Assembly (NCBI RefSeq): GCF_003918875.1
Contig: NW_025766658.1
Coordinates: forward strand, 1,054,001-1,118,000
Direction of reading: 5' to 3'
Source of the DNA: Haliotis rubra
Lineage: Eukaryota
Length of the DNA: 64,000 bases
The notes under the pieces were generated by a model, which was given only the letters and a program-made list of their open reading frames with translations, did no database searches and was not told where the DNA came from. Numbering within the stretch: the first letter of the stretch is position 1; each line of letters begins with the position of its first letter. This document shows, in pieces, positions 11,574 to 24,236 of this stretch. Made by a program: the position numbers and the translations under genes.

Positions 11574-12785
11574 TAGGGAACTGAGGTTGAGGGCTGAGGA
11601 ACTGAAGGTTGAGGGCTGAGGAACTGAGGGTGGAGGGCTGGGGAACTGAGGGTTGAGGGCTGGGGAACTGAGGGTGGAGGGCTTGGGAACTGAGGGTTGA
11701 GGGCTTGGGAACTGAGGGTGGAGGGCTGGGGAACTGAGGGTGGAGGGATTGGGAACTGAGGGTGGAGGGCTTGGGAACTGAGGGTTGAGGGCTTGGGAAC
11801 TGAGGGTGGAGGGCTGGGGAAATGAGTGTTGAGGGCTGGGGAACTGAGGATGGAGGGCTTGGGAACTGAGGGTGGAGGGCTGGGGAACTGAGGGTGGAGG
11901 GCTTGGGTGGAGGGCTGCGGAACTGAGGGTGGAGGGCTTGGGAACTGAGGGTGGAGGGCTGGGGAACTGAGGGTCGAGGGATTGGGAACTGAGGGTGGAG
12001 GGCTTGGGAACTGAGGGTGGAGGGCTGGGGAACTGAAGGTGGAGAGCTGGGGAACTGAGGGTTGAGGGCTTGGGAACTGAGGGTGGGAGGGCTGGGGAAA
12101 TGAGTGTTGAGGGCTGGGGAACTGAGGATGGAGGGCTTGGGAACTGAGGGTGGAGGGCTGGGGAACTGAGGGAGGCTTGGGTGGAGGGCTGGGAACTGAG
12201 GGTGGAGGGCTTGGGAACTGAGGGTGGAGGGCTGGGGAACTGAGGGTCGAGGGATTGGGAACTGAGGGTGGAGGGCTTGGGAACTGAGGGTCGAGGGCTG
12301 GGGAACTGAAGGTGGAGAGCTGGGGAACTGAGGGTTGAGGGCTTGGGAACTGAGGGTTGAGGGCTGGGGAACTGGGGTGGAGGGCTGAGGAACTGAGGGT
12401 TGAGGGCTGGAGAACTGAGGGTTGAGGGCTGGGGAACTGGGGGTTGAGGGCTGGGGAACTGAGGGTTGAGGGCTGAAGAACTGAGGGTTGAGGGCTGGGA
12501 ACTGGGGGTGGAGGGCTGGGGAACTGGGGGGTGGAGGGCTGGGGAACTGAGGGTTGAGAGCTGAGAAAACTGAGGGTTGAGGGCTGGGGAACTGAGGGTC
12601 GAGGGCTGGGGAACTGGGGGTGGAGGGCTGGGGAACTGAGGGTTGAGAGCTGGGAAACTGAGGGTTGAGGGCTGGGGAACTGGGGGTGGAGGGCTTGTGA
12701 ACTGAGGGTTGAGAGCTGGGAAACTGAGGGTTGAGGGCTGGGGAACTGAGGGTCGACGGCTGGGGAACTGAGGGTTGAGGACTGG
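11574..12785. repeat. G-rich 22-bp minisatellite, about 55 units
   Basis: Unit GGGGAACTGAGGGT(G/T)GAGGGCT with three G-runs of 3 or more per unit. Confidence 0.97.
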
Positions 12786-13007
12786 AGAAATGTGGGTGGG
12801 GTAATAGTGTGGTTCTATCGTGGGGTCTAAGGCAAGACGCATAGGTAGTTCCTACTATGTCTAGCCATGGCTTTGCTAGAACTTGGGTACAATTATAGGG
12901 TCAGATTTCTAAGAAAATGTTGATCAGTACGTGACCTATTTCCATGTTGGAGGATGGCTGTCAATCTTTGAACCAGGCATAACCGTCCATTTCCCTTCCT
13001 ATTTTCT

Positions 13008-13190
13008 ACCCGTGAAGGTCCGGGTTAGAATATTGATCTTCAGTAGTCCATGCTTGTCGTAAGAGGCAACTAACAGGATCGGGTGGTCAGGCTCGCTGAC
13101 TTGGTTGACACATGCCATCGGTTCCCAATTGCGCAGATCGATGCCATATAGCTGGAATATTGCTGAGTGCGCCGTAAAACTAAACTCACT
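13008..13190 (+). mobile_element. Family B retroelement with intact 5' end and an internal deletion
   Basis: Starts ACCCGTGAAGGTCCGGGTTAG; TSD TCCTATTTT (12997-13005, 13190-13198). Confidence 0.88.
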
Positions 13191-13671
13191 CCTATTTTAT
13201 GCATGCAAGACAACATATTTTCGTAGCCGTATGAAAATGTCTAAATCAAACTAGTAATTGTAATAGCACTGTTAAAGCGCGTTTTGTCTTATATTAATGT
13301 ATTCTAACTTATCTGATAAACACCTTTTCTTCACTTCCATTGACTTCCATAAAGCAGTGGATGATTCGAGTGTCTGATTTGTAAGGCATGGAGACCGAAC
13401 GAGTTGGTATTGATCTGCATATTTTTCCAATAGCCATCGAAACACATTGAAGTGATATGCCCAGTTTCAACGTTTTTGATTTCCAGAGTTTTAAAATGTA
13501 ATTTAAATTAGAATTAGAATTTCTTGCTTCGTGCATTGTGACAGATATACCTGGATCACTTATTGCTGAAGCATATTGACGCCATCCATTGCATCATCTC
13601 GTCATCCTATTCAAGGGTGACAGAGGTCGGTGGTCACGGATACATTTGTTTCCGTCTTCTTCGTACTATAT

Positions 13672-13833
13672 GGGGCGGTGGGGTAGCCTAGTGGTTGAAG
13701 CGTTGGCTCGTCACGCCGAAGACCCGGGTTCGAATCCCCACATGGGTAAAATGTTTGAAGCCCATTTCTGGTATCCCCCGCCCTGATGTTGCTGGAATAT
13801 TGCCAAAAGTGGCGTAAAACCAAACTCAGTCAG
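13672..13833 (+). mobile_element. Family A tRNA-derived SINE, full length
   Basis: A and B boxes, (AGTC)n tail, 14-bp TSD TCTTCGTAC(T/C)ATAT. Confidence 0.93.
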
Positions 13834-13937
13834 TCTTCGTACCATATACCAAATGACTCCTCAGCTAGCCGAGAGTGAAAACAAAACACAAAAGCTCTGA
13901 TCCAATGACAAGTAGTATTAATGTAGTGCCTTCAGCA

Positions 13938-14850
13938 CTATCAATCAATCTTTATTCACTCATGAGTTACACAGAACCAACATAATATTTACAACAAGAT
14001 GGCAAATAATTTCTTGAGAAAATGTGATAAATCCTTAATGATCTTAATATTCCCATTACACATTGGTTTCTTATATTTTACTAAAGATGGACATTGGTAA
14101 TAATACTCATTAATCAAACTTTTACGTTGAATTGATAAAGCAGTGCAATCAAATAGATAGTGGAATTCATCTCCGATAAGTCGTGTGAGTTACACTTAGT
14201 GCATAATCTATCTTGACAAGGGATGTTATAATATCGTTCCTTTTCTACTGGTAAATTGTAGTTGTTCTAAAATATAATATTGGTTTATATACCTTCCAAC
14301 AAATAAAAGATATTGCTCAAAACATGGGGAATCCTTAATGCTAAAATAATAAACACCTTGAGATGAATTGTTAACATCACTTCGCCATGACTGCAGAAAT
14401 TGATCTTTAAAAATGTCACAAACTGTTGCAATTATCCATTCTTTGCAGTAATTCTGAGGAATATCGAAAATGAGTGGTAGACCACATGTTACAAATATAG
14501 TTTTAACGTACTTCAACGAAGGATACGATGTCCATGAATACTCTTGTTATATATGTAATCAAGCAGAAATGACGCAATTGTATTGTTTGGTTCTGGACAT
14601 GATAATTTAGACCAATATCAGATCACACGTTTAGCCACTTGTAAGCGCAGTGCGGATCTGCCTAATTCACCGTAAACCATAAAATGTGGTGTAGACATCT
14701 TTAAACTTGCTGCCAATTGTAAGAACTTCAAATGAACACGCTCGATAATAATAATGTTTTCAACCCCCCAAATTTCGCAACCATAAAGCAGAATCAGAAG
14801 TACAAGTTTATCAAAGAGATGAGACAATCCAAAGGTAGATTTAAGTTTCC
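13938..14850 (-). mobile_element. Decayed 3' part of a non-LTR retrotransposon, RTEX-like ORF2 C-terminus
   Basis: Minus-strand peptides LLYGCEIWG...IERVHLKF...MVYGELGR and a frameshifted CCHC knuckle RLCTKCNSHD..GDEFHYLFDC, followed by AATAAA and a (GATT)n tail. Clade assignment is from remembered motif style. Confidence 0.8.
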
Positions 14851-15045
14851 ATCAGCGTGGAATTTAAGGCGTTATAAACGGATTAATTAACTTACGAATA
14901 AATTAATACATTTTGAGGCAATCAAATGATGCCAAACTGTCAGGAGAAGAGTATAAACTTTAACCGATTTGACCGATAAATTGCTATCATGAAAATGTTA
15001 CCAGGTAGAAATCAGACGCCGAAACACTTCCAATGGTATGTCCCG

Positions 15046-15150
15046 GATCCACTTGCTTAAAGCTGTCTTAGCGCTAAGGTGGTCGTACCGCCACGTTAAC
15101 ACGGGCTTACGACTGTCATAACGCTAAGGTCTCTTTGTGCAAGTGAAATC
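15046..15150. mobile_element. About 105-bp palindromic Harbinger-like MITE
   Basis: GATCCACTTGC...GCAAGTGAAATC ends, with internal CTTAGCGCTAAG and GTCGTA/TACGAC symmetry shared with the 21.6 and 23.2 kb copies. Confidence 0.65.
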
Positions 15151-16392
15151 CAGAACACAATCATACTATCAGCAAATACATTACCATAAAAGAACCATTT
15201 CTTTTTGGTTTCTGTTTTCAGCCACCATAAACTTTATCGTTGTACATTTTCTTTTGGTGAGACGCTGTATACCTAATATTTTGAGTTTTATACAGAAACG
15301 AAACCAAAGTATATTGAGGGAAAATAGAGAGAAAAACTTAGCGTCCGCTGTGACAGACGAGTAATCGATACTTTATAGACCTCTAATTATATGATGAGAC
15401 TGATAATACTTCATTTTAAGGGCCTGTAGCTTTGTGTTGTTTTTATAGTAGAAAATACACGCTATTATTGACAAAATAAATGATTTTTGAGAGAGCATGT
15501 TTAAGTTACCCTAGTGTTCATGCCGAAACTACAGAACTCTGTGGATCAATGCTATATCGCTTATTATAACATTTTCGGTCGATATTTGAACAACACTTGA
15601 CTTTCACATTCACGCAGCAAGTCTGGGGAGACAGATTTTTTACAGCATGAATTTTTTTTTAATCTTAAAAACATTGTCACCGAGGCCAGGAATGAATGTA
15701 GATCCGTCATCGACCACGCCCTGGCAACACTGTTCTGGTCCATGCTGCTGTTCCCTATGGGAGCTGGTGCCGTGATCGTATTGAAATTGTGTATGTGCAA
15801 TTGTTCTAATGTCACATGAATCTGTCACATAACTCCCACACGGAGACGACAGTGACAGCACTGTAAACGTCGTCGTCGTCTTGGGGAAAGGAGGAGGGAT
15901 CGTTTTATCAGATCAATGTCGTCATCAAAACCCTCACATCAGATGGTTTAGACTATTAGGTGGGAGATAATGTATCCTGTTGGACTCTAGTTTCATTTCC
16001 AGATCAATTCCTTGTTACAGGATTGCAGCAACGGGGACGGCACCTTCGTTGAATTAATAAAAAGTAACATAAACAATACGTAAAGTCAGATAGCAATGAG
16101 TTGATGATGTTGCCGTCTCGGTGTAAGTGTTGAAGTGCTGTTCCTTCCATGCCTTTGTTGAACCAATACATGTAGTAGTCTAAGATGTCGCCGTTGGGGT
16201 AGATGCAGTTGTAGAAGCAGCAGTAGTACAAGTTGTAGTTACAGTATAATCATTAGTATAAGTACTAATAGAAAAAAGGTGGTTGAGGGTGTTCTTAGTT
16301 TAGTAGCATTGGTAGTAATGATGAGAAAACAATAAAAGAACCAATGCAGGTGGCAGTGGTGTGGTTGTATAGTGGAAGTAGCATTTGCAGTG

Positions 16393-16393
16393 C

Positions 16394-16429
<36 letters not shown>

Positions 16430-16535
16430 TGTAGTAGCAGTAGTAGTAGCAGTAGTGGCAGTCAGTAGTAGTAGTAGTAGTAGCAGTAGCAGTAGTAGTA
16501 GTAGTAGTAGTAGCCCAGTAGTAGTAGTAGTAGTT

Positions 16536-16566
<31 letters not shown>

Positions 16567-16572
16567 AGTAGT
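16393..16572. repeat. (GTA)n microsatellite running into an assembly gap
   Basis: Direct inspection. Confidence 0.98.
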
Positions 16573-16999
16573 NNNNNNNNNNNNNNNNNNNNNNNNNNNN
16601 NNNNNNNNNNNNNNNNNNNNNNNNNNNNNNNNNNNNNNNNNNNNNNNNNNNNNNNNNNNNNNNNNNNNNNNNNNNNNNNNNNNNNNNNNNNNNNNNNNNN
16701 NNNNNNNNNNNNNNNNNNNNNNNNNNNNNNNNNNNNNNNNNNNNNNNNNNNNNNNNNNNNNNNNNNNNNNNNNNNNNNNNNNNNNNNNNNNNNNNNNNNN
16801 NNNNNNNNNNNNNNNNNNNNNNNNNNNNNNNNNNNNNNNNNNNNNNNNNNNNNNNNNNNNNNNNNNNNNNNNNNNNNNNNNNNNNNNNNNNNNNNNNNNN
16901 NNNNNNNNNNNNNNNNNNNNNNNNNNNNNNNNNNNNNNNNNNNNNNNNNNNNNNNNNNNNNNNNNNNNNNNNNNNNNNNNNNNNNNNNNNNNNNNNNNN
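16573..16999. other. Assembly gap, 427 N
   Basis: Run of N. Confidence 1.
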
Positions 17000-17580
17000 A
17001 TGTACGTACAACTACTGATATTACTGCTGGTAACTTTCAGGAGAGTGATTCATATAACTGAGGATGTCGTCAGTCTGTGTTGGAGTAAGAAGGTGTTCTA
17101 TGCCGCTAGAGGCTGACAGGGGGTATGAGGAGGAGAGTGCTGGCTGTCATACAGTCACTTGGAGGTTACACTCGGTATTGACCTTGAATCGTGTAAGACA
17201 CGCAAAATGACATTATGAATGTTCACATTCACCAATAAATTCAACATTAAACATTCCAGGGCCATACTTGTACAGGCATGGTTTTGTATGAAAATCAATA
17301 TTTTAAAAATTGAGCAATTATCATCATAAATTCCATGGATTCCAATCATGTTGTCTTTTTATGAGTCAAAGGATCACACGGGACAGAAAATAAACCATGT
17401 CTTTCCATCGTGTTCACCACGAGAAGTTCTATGTACGTGTTGAAAACCCACCATTGCAAAAATACAGGGGGTGCTTAATTAAGTTCTTTGTGCATATATT
17501 AAAATGCCATCACTGGATGAGAAACGTCTGTTGAGAGATTACCAAAGTCAGTCACAATGACAGCGCTTCTTCAAGTATAG

Positions 17581-17674
17581 GGTGCTGTCTCACCAAACTC
17601 TTCAGTGATATAACTGACATACCTTAACATATTAATTCTTACGACAGTCGTAGATTATTTTGTACAACGGCACC
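17581..17674. mobile_element. Degenerate copy of the ~100-bp palindromic MITE
   Basis: GGTGCTGT...ACGGCACC ends and internal CTTACGACAGTCGTAG. Confidence 0.5.
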
Positions 17675-17772
17675 CAAGACGTCAGAATGGCCGTTATTGA
17701 TACACATGTACATTTACATACGTCGGCCAACACTGATCAACTGGAGGTCAATGGAAGGTGATTATATCGTCT

Positions 17773-17900
17773 TGTTTGTTGTTTAACGCTGCACTCAGCA
17801 ATATTGAAGCTATATCGCGCCGATCTGTAAATAATCAAGTCTGGACCAGACAATCTAGTGATCAACAGCATGAGCATCGATCTACGCAACTGGAATACAA
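17773..17900 (-). mobile_element. 3' part of a family B element with (AAAC)n tail
   Basis: Matches the family B 3' half: GCACTCAGCAATATT...CTGGACCAGACAATC. Confidence 0.8.
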
Positions 17901-18194
17901 TGATATGGGGGTGGGTATTGCAGAGAATTTTCATATTGCGATATGTATTGCAATATATTGCATGAAGTATTTTTAAACAAAAAATACTTATAATCAAGTT
18001 AATTCTTGATTTATAGAGCAAAAACACAACAAAATCACTAGGCTTGATTAAGCTTTAATAACAACTAAAATCAGCTTATTATTATAAACTTCGTTTATTT
18101 TATTTCAAATACGCGTAAGGAGTCGAGAAAAGAATATACTCTGTTATAAGGGAGGTAACTCGAATTGCCAGTTTTTGGAGCACCAGAGATGGGC

Positions 18195-18282
18195 ACCACA
18201 CATTGTACCCATGTGGGGAATCGAACCCGGGTGTTCGGCGTGACGAGCGAACACTTTAACCACTAGACTACCCCACCGCCTC
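18195..18282 (-). mobile_element. Family A SINE, 5' half
   Basis: CACATTGTACCCATGTGGGGAATCGAACCCGG...CCCCACCGCC. Confidence 0.85.
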
Positions 18283-18669
18283 AGTAGACATTGTACATAA
18301 CTCCGGACCTGGTGAATACAACATTAATTGTTAGTGTCCCTATCACAACTTACTGTGACATGTGTAACGGGTAAAAAGTAAATAACGAGGGATTTTTGTA
18401 AGTGATAGGGTTTTGCTTTAGTCGCTGTTTCAAACATGACCTTTATTTCTCTGATCGTGGGGACGAATAAAACAAATCAGTTGACAATATAGTTTGAAGA
18501 CATCCGACTTGTTTAGCCTACAAGTAGTTTAAGTAACAAAATAAATCTCTTTGTAACGCGTGTTCTCCGTAAATACCATCACGAATTCGTATTTACACTG
18601 GAAAAAGGTTGCATTTGAAAGGATTCGTGTCTTATGATACTGCAAACAAATGATGTTACTAGTATATAC

Positions 18670-18820
18670 GATGGGATAGCCTGGTGGTTAATGCGTTCGC
18701 TCGTCACGCCAAAAACCCGGGTTCGAATCCCCACAAGGGGGAAGCCCTCATTTCAGGTGTCCCCCGCTGCGATATTGCCAGAATATTATTAAACGTCACG
18801 TAAAGTCATACTCTCACTCA
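18670..18820 (+). mobile_element. Family A SINE, diverged
   Basis: TAGCCTGGTGGTTAATGCGTTCGCTCGTCACGCC...GGTTCGAATCCCC and a decayed tail. Confidence 0.85.
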
Positions 18821-20299
18821 TATTCCTTCGCTCAAACCCGTTCAAAAATATGTTTACTAGTCATTTTCTATTCACCCATCCTCAAACACATACATGTGAA
18901 TAAATAATTGCTACCTCCACGAAGATATTTGTAGCTGCATTGTTTCTGTTGGTAATTCAGAATTCTGGAAACAATCACAAAACCATCGGACCATTTGTAA
19001 CATTCACGTTTGGATACAAATCGCTCCCTTGGTAGCTCGCTTAGCTCCCCTTTGTATATCCCTAAGTCTTCCCCGACCCCTCGGGATGCAACTCCTCCCC
19101 TGACAACCCCGTGTAAAATCTTCCCACGGTGCAGTATGCTCCTAAACATCTATACTTAATCCTGACAGAACCGACCCCAGTGCCTTACCATTGATTTTTG
19201 TCCCCGGGTAATCATCTCATTATCTGAACTCACTCTCCAGATTCAAACGTGTTTCAAACAAACCATGTGCTTGCTCCAAGTTTCATTTTCAACAAAATGA
19301 TTGTGTATTCTGAACGTAAAAAAATAATTCTTTGTTCGTCTCCACTGGAGAGCGAGTCCAAACCCTTGATACTAATGTCAGGACAACTAGACAGAGGTTC
19401 TTTCAACCAACCCAGACGTTACACGACTCCTGGGAGGTGAGCTTTGACAAGCGGTTAACCAGTTTAAACGGATTCAATGAACCATACCGTTTCATGATGT
19501 TGAGTTCAAATAAATGAATAATAAAGCGATGCTAGATTGAAGATGTATTCAGTGCAGTTAAAACTGGAACCTCCCCGGACAGGTAGAACGTAAATTCTGA
19601 CAAAAAAGAACTCAAGACAATGATGTTGTGATAATCTTTAGGGAAAAACATAGATCTTGAAGCAGGGGAATGTCGGTACATTCTTCATATATTCAGTTTG
19701 TTTGAATCAGAAAAAATGTTAATACTTTGTTATCTGATGTTGAAATGCACATAAATCTAATTACATGTGATAAAGTTTATGTAGATAAAAATGGAAACGC
19801 TGATGATTTTGAAGAAATGACAAATAAACTTACTTGGATAGAACATAATTATATTCGTTGCTTTCAACACTGAATCATCGCCATCCTAAAGACTCGAGTC
19901 GATTCAAATAGGTTTATGGTTTGGTGTTCAATATATGAACTGATATTTGCAGTAACTTCCTCACATACTTCACTGATCGGGTGGGGCGGCTACGATTTTT
20001 TTAATGTCTACGCATACGTGCTCAAATAATTTGTCAGCGAATGTGTAATAACATAGTAAGTAATAACATATTTCTACAAATAAAAGACCGTAGGCGGTTC
20101 CCACACGAGGACGCTAAATTGAATTTGTTAACAGGACGCGAGCCCTCTATAGCACCGAAAACTTGAAATATCCCCTCCGGTGTTTTCTGCCCACAATCCA
20201 TAACATGTACTTCAATGTTGTAGTTGAGGCAGACCTAACTGAAATATGTTTTGGATTGAAATATCACATGTTTAGAACATAAACAGTTGTATAAAGTGA

Positions 20300-20370
20300 A
20301 TTTAATCCTGACACACCCGGCAGCCATGAGCGGGTATTAGTACCTGGATGTAGCGCTGTATAAATACCCA

Positions 20371-20409
<39 letters not shown>

Positions 20410-20699
20410 GATTTACAGATTAAAGATAATATGCAGCAGAGAGGGTTCGGGTGATCCTGGCACAGTCAGGCTGGTAAGGCTTATCATCAGCTCAGGGCCC
20501 TTGCCCCCTCTACACGCAGCCCAGACAGCGAATGGGACTTATCCCAGGAAACGCTGCCTAGTCGAACCCACCAAGAACTTTCCGGAGAATATGAAGGCTC
20601 CCCAACACTGCAGCCTTCTGCATTACCAAGAGTGTCAGAAGGGCTGTACTCCCGGTGGAGAACCCGGGCACTCTCCTATTATTATTATTATTATTATTA
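20300..20699 (+). mobile_element. Two stacked retroposon 3' ends, each with an (ATT)n tail
   Basis: GCGCTGTATAAATA followed by (ATT)12 is L2-style. A second GC-richer segment ends in a CCCGG...CCGGG stem followed by (ATT)7. Family uncertain. Confidence 0.45.
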
Positions 20700-20899
20700 A
20701 TATTTCTATTAGGTCAACTATTGATAATTAGACCTGGCAATCAGAATCACCAACACTTGCACAACATATATATCACCAGGACGTACGACGGGCTGGCTAC
20801 ACTGTCAACCTACTTGTACGTGAAGTAAAATAATGGTCTCCGAAACACAGATGACAAGACTGGCAAAACACATACAGTAATTTATTACGTACATTAAAT

Positions 20900-21240
20900 A
20901 CAGACAGACAAACAGACAGAGTTTATTTTGTAATGTCGGCCTAATGGCCCATAATACATTTACATAATACAAGGTACAGATGGACAGTGGTCATTCTCAT
21001 TAACGTCATTGTAGCTTTATACCTGCAAGAGAGTATTTGGTGTATAAATAAAGCAGTAATGAATATAATACGTGGATGTTTAGAGCTTAAAATATTATGG
21101 AGTGAGAGTAGGCCCTTGTATACATTTCTAAGTTGGATGAGATATTTTTCGCGGAAGTGTTGGTACTGTTTACAGGAAAAGAAAATATGTTTTTCGTCTT
21201 CAATTTGTGGGGAATTGCAGAATGTACAGTAGAGCTCTTC
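20900..21240 (-). mobile_element. 3' end of an RTEX-like LINE
   Basis: CCHC knuckle YCTFCNSPQIEDEKHIFFSCKQYQHFREKYL, then a GGCC..GGCC stem, AATAAA and a (CTGT)n tail. Confidence 0.8.
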
Positions 21241-21635
21241 AATAGGCATATCTTGATGACAAAAGATGTTGACTTTAAAATAGTTTACGTTAAATAGTTC
21301 CAAGGGAAGGAAGGTTGGTGGTAGTTGGGAGTTATGGAACTTTTCCACATTGAGGCTCTATATACGTTTATATACGACACCTATGAGATAAGGTATACGT
21401 CTGTATCATACACTACACCAATTGGCATCAATACTTGTCTCTAGAATACGATTTCTTCCATCAACCTACTCACCGAGCCTGACCACCCGATCCCGTTAGT
21501 CGCCTCTTACGTCAAGCATGGGTTATTGAAGACCCATTCTAATCATCTACCTTCACAAAGACGATGACAACTACACAGACAGTGAGTATCTGTTTACATG
21601 TTATCCTTCGCGATGAATTTTGATATTTTGTCCAG

Positions 21636-21849
21636 GGCGCCGTTGTACAAAGCGATTTTAGCGTTAAGCCGATCGTAACTGCCATACTTACCAAAACTTA
21701 CGACGGTCGAAGTGCTCAGGGGCCAGTTTCTCAAAGCGACCGTAGCGCTACGATTATCGTAAGTCTGCGTTTAAGTATGGGAGTACGATCACCTTAGTGC
21801 TAAGATAGCTTTACGAAACGGGCCCCTGATTGTTTTGTACAAGGGTACC
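21636..21849. mobile_element. Palindromic Harbinger-like MITE with a second family member nested inside (21720-21825)
   Basis: Outer ends GGCGCCGTTGTACAAA / TTTGTACAAGGGTACC; inner ends GGGCCAGTTTCTCAAAGC / GCTTTACGAAACGGGCCC. Both are flanked by CAG on the left and CTG on the right. Confidence 0.8.
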
Positions 21850-22506
21850 CTGTCATCAATGGCAACATATCCTTGGCCCAGTCTACTGGGTGTTTTGAAA
21901 CCAGTAACAAAGCAGTTTCTTAAATTTAGTTCTGACTGAAATGTCGTTTCTAAAACGCATTTGTTTACATACAGCCTGAAGCCTATCAAAGTTGTATACG
22001 CATCATGCGGATATAAAGCTGTTACTCAGCGTGTATCTACTACCTGTTCACGTGTGAACAGCATCATGGGTTTACACCAACAGGATACCTCTGACAACAG
22101 AGACAAAGGGAGATAACTTACGTTTCGTGCACAGGTTGTATTCCTGGACTAAACTGACGGAAAATATAAACGTTATAACGAACTCAAATAAACCACTAAT
22201 GTTATTCGTTATAACAGCAGTTCGTTATACGTGGACGGGAACAAACAGTTAATTATAAACGTTTACTATACATCTGACATTTTTACTTGACGCACAAATT
22301 ACAAACTTTACCAAACCGTTTACGACAATCACGGAAGCACGAAAAACTGGAGATCCAAAACACATCAACTATGATATCAGTCTCTAATACATCGCCATCG
22401 AATGATCATTTTTTGTTGGTTTCGTGTTTAGCCACTGTCAAACATGGGTGTATCTTGACCAGCAGTGTTGTCCAGAAGTAGGGAATATGGATGAGGAAGA
22501 CGTCAC

Positions 22507-22675
22507 AGTGAGTGAGTGAGTGAGTATAGTTTTACGCCGCTTTCAGCGATATTCCAGCAATATCACGACGGGGACACCAGAAATGGGCTTCACAGATTGT
22601 ACCTATGTGGGGAATCGAACCCGGGTCTTCTGTGTGACGAGCGAACGCTTTAACCACTAGGCTACCCACCGCCCC
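22507..22675 (-). mobile_element. Family A SINE, full length
   Basis: Complete head, body and (ACTC)n tail. The 5' flank is homologous to that of the 8923 copy. Confidence 0.92.
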
Positions 22676-23227
22676 TCGAACGATCCAGAATTATCAGGAC
22701 CCAGTCACTGGACGTCCATACCAAAGACGCTTCACACTTTGTATAATAGCATATTTATATAGCGCACATATCCACGTAACTAGTGCATGCTCAAGGTGCT
22801 GGTATGTTTCCTTTGATCATTGGATGTCAATCTCAACGGCATATGGTATTATCAATCTCAACTCCCATGGAGTATTGTACACGTGTGAAGATTCGAACCC
22901 GGGTCTTCAGCGTGACGAGCAGACGCTTTAGCCATTAGGCTACCCCACCACCCGTATATGTATATTAAACAAATATACTGAATAGCAAATAAATGTTTGT
23001 ACCATGGTCTTTTAATCATGCAAATTACTCCACAATCTTCATCAAAAGATTCAGATGAGTTTCAGTAACAAAGATGGGTCACTGAGAAGAGGTACTTTGA
23101 AAATATTACTCCAGATATTTAGGCACGGTGCAGTTATATTTTTGAATTTCAACCATTTCTTACGTAAATGCAAATTACACTTAGTGAGACTTTAGTGATT
23201 TGGTGAAAGGGTGCAAATCCAATCCAG

Positions 23228-23333
23228 GACCTAGATTTTCGAAGCTCTCGTAGTGTTAAAATGGTCGTAAGTGCCATATATTAACATTAACTTTGACTAT
23301 CTAAGCTCTAAGAGAGCTTCGAAAATCTAGACC
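23228..23333. mobile_element. Palindromic Harbinger-like MITE
   Basis: CTAGATTTTCGAAGCTCTC / GAGAGCTTCGAAAATCTAG inverted ends; CAG on both sides. Confidence 0.85.
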
Positions 23334-24085
23334 CAGACCTGTCTACCAGATTCGTAATTCAAATCAAACAATTTACAATGCAATTCCGTATTTTGAATTG
23401 TAAATTATGCTTCCGTGCTTTTACAGGTGAAAAATTTATTTGCCTAAGCATGTGTTTGTGACAGGTGTTAACGACGGGGCAGGATACACATCTTTCTGTT
23501 AACACCTGGTAGCATCCCCATTTCACAGTGACTCATAAACACATGTCTGAGATAGAATCTAAATCAAATTTCGCCTGAACATGAAAAAGTGTTTCTGCTT
23601 TATTTACAGGGAAAATGAGTCTAAGTCCTATGACCATCTTCATCAATAGCACTGAAACCACTCTGTGTCAAGGGCGCCACACATACGATTACGTCAAGTC
23701 TCCCGATTGAAATGCAGTGCAAGGGACAACTGGATTTTAAAAATAAAAACTGAAATTCGACACCGTCACTGTGCGTTCTGAGGGGAGATCCTGTGGAACA
23801 CATAATCTATTTAACTCCTTGAATTGGTTCCAGGTGACGAGTCGGGAACCATGTCTATTTCAGTGTAGACAGACTTCCGGAGTCTGATTGCACGCCTGAC
23901 TGTTCAATGATGGCTTCATTCATATACTTAGATCGCTTACCTCGTTGACAAAAACACAAATTAAATGTTCCATAACTCTCCCTAGACTTGACTGGGCTCT
24001 CTTCACGCATTCGTTATTTGACTGGTTCTTACTGCATTTAGCGATTCCGTCTTTACGTGTATGAAACACACTGGACCATTAGTAA

Positions 24086-24236
24086 ATATGGTTTAGCATC
24101 GTTTAAGATCATATTTAGCAATATCACGGCGAGTGACACTAGAAATATGTTTTCCACTTGGTACATATGTGAGAATCGAACCCGTGTCTTCAGCGCGACG
24201 AGCGAGCGCTTTAACCACTAGGCTACCCCAGCCAAC
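24086..24236 (-). mobile_element. Family A SINE, diverged
   Basis: GCAATATCACGGCG...AATCGAACCCGTGTCTTCAGCGCGACGAGCGAGCGCTTTAACCACTAGGCTACCCC. Confidence 0.85.

Noticed and set aside
11547-12842. 431-aa Pro/Ser-rich ORF
   Set aside because: It lies almost wholly in a 22-bp minisatellite whose unit is not a multiple of three; openness follows from the C-rich strand lacking stops.
13672-13750. tRNA genes in family A, C and D heads
   Set aside because: A/B boxes are present, but I saw no complete cloverleaf with a proper acceptor stem, and each head continues into a SINE body, usually with tail and TSD.
16295-17011. 238-aa ORF and the opposite poly-V/poly-S ORF
   Set aside because: Artefacts of the N gap and the (GTA)n microsatellite.
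18868-19149. RGGVA peptide as a LINE endonuclease remnant
   Set aside because: No other APE motifs recognisable.
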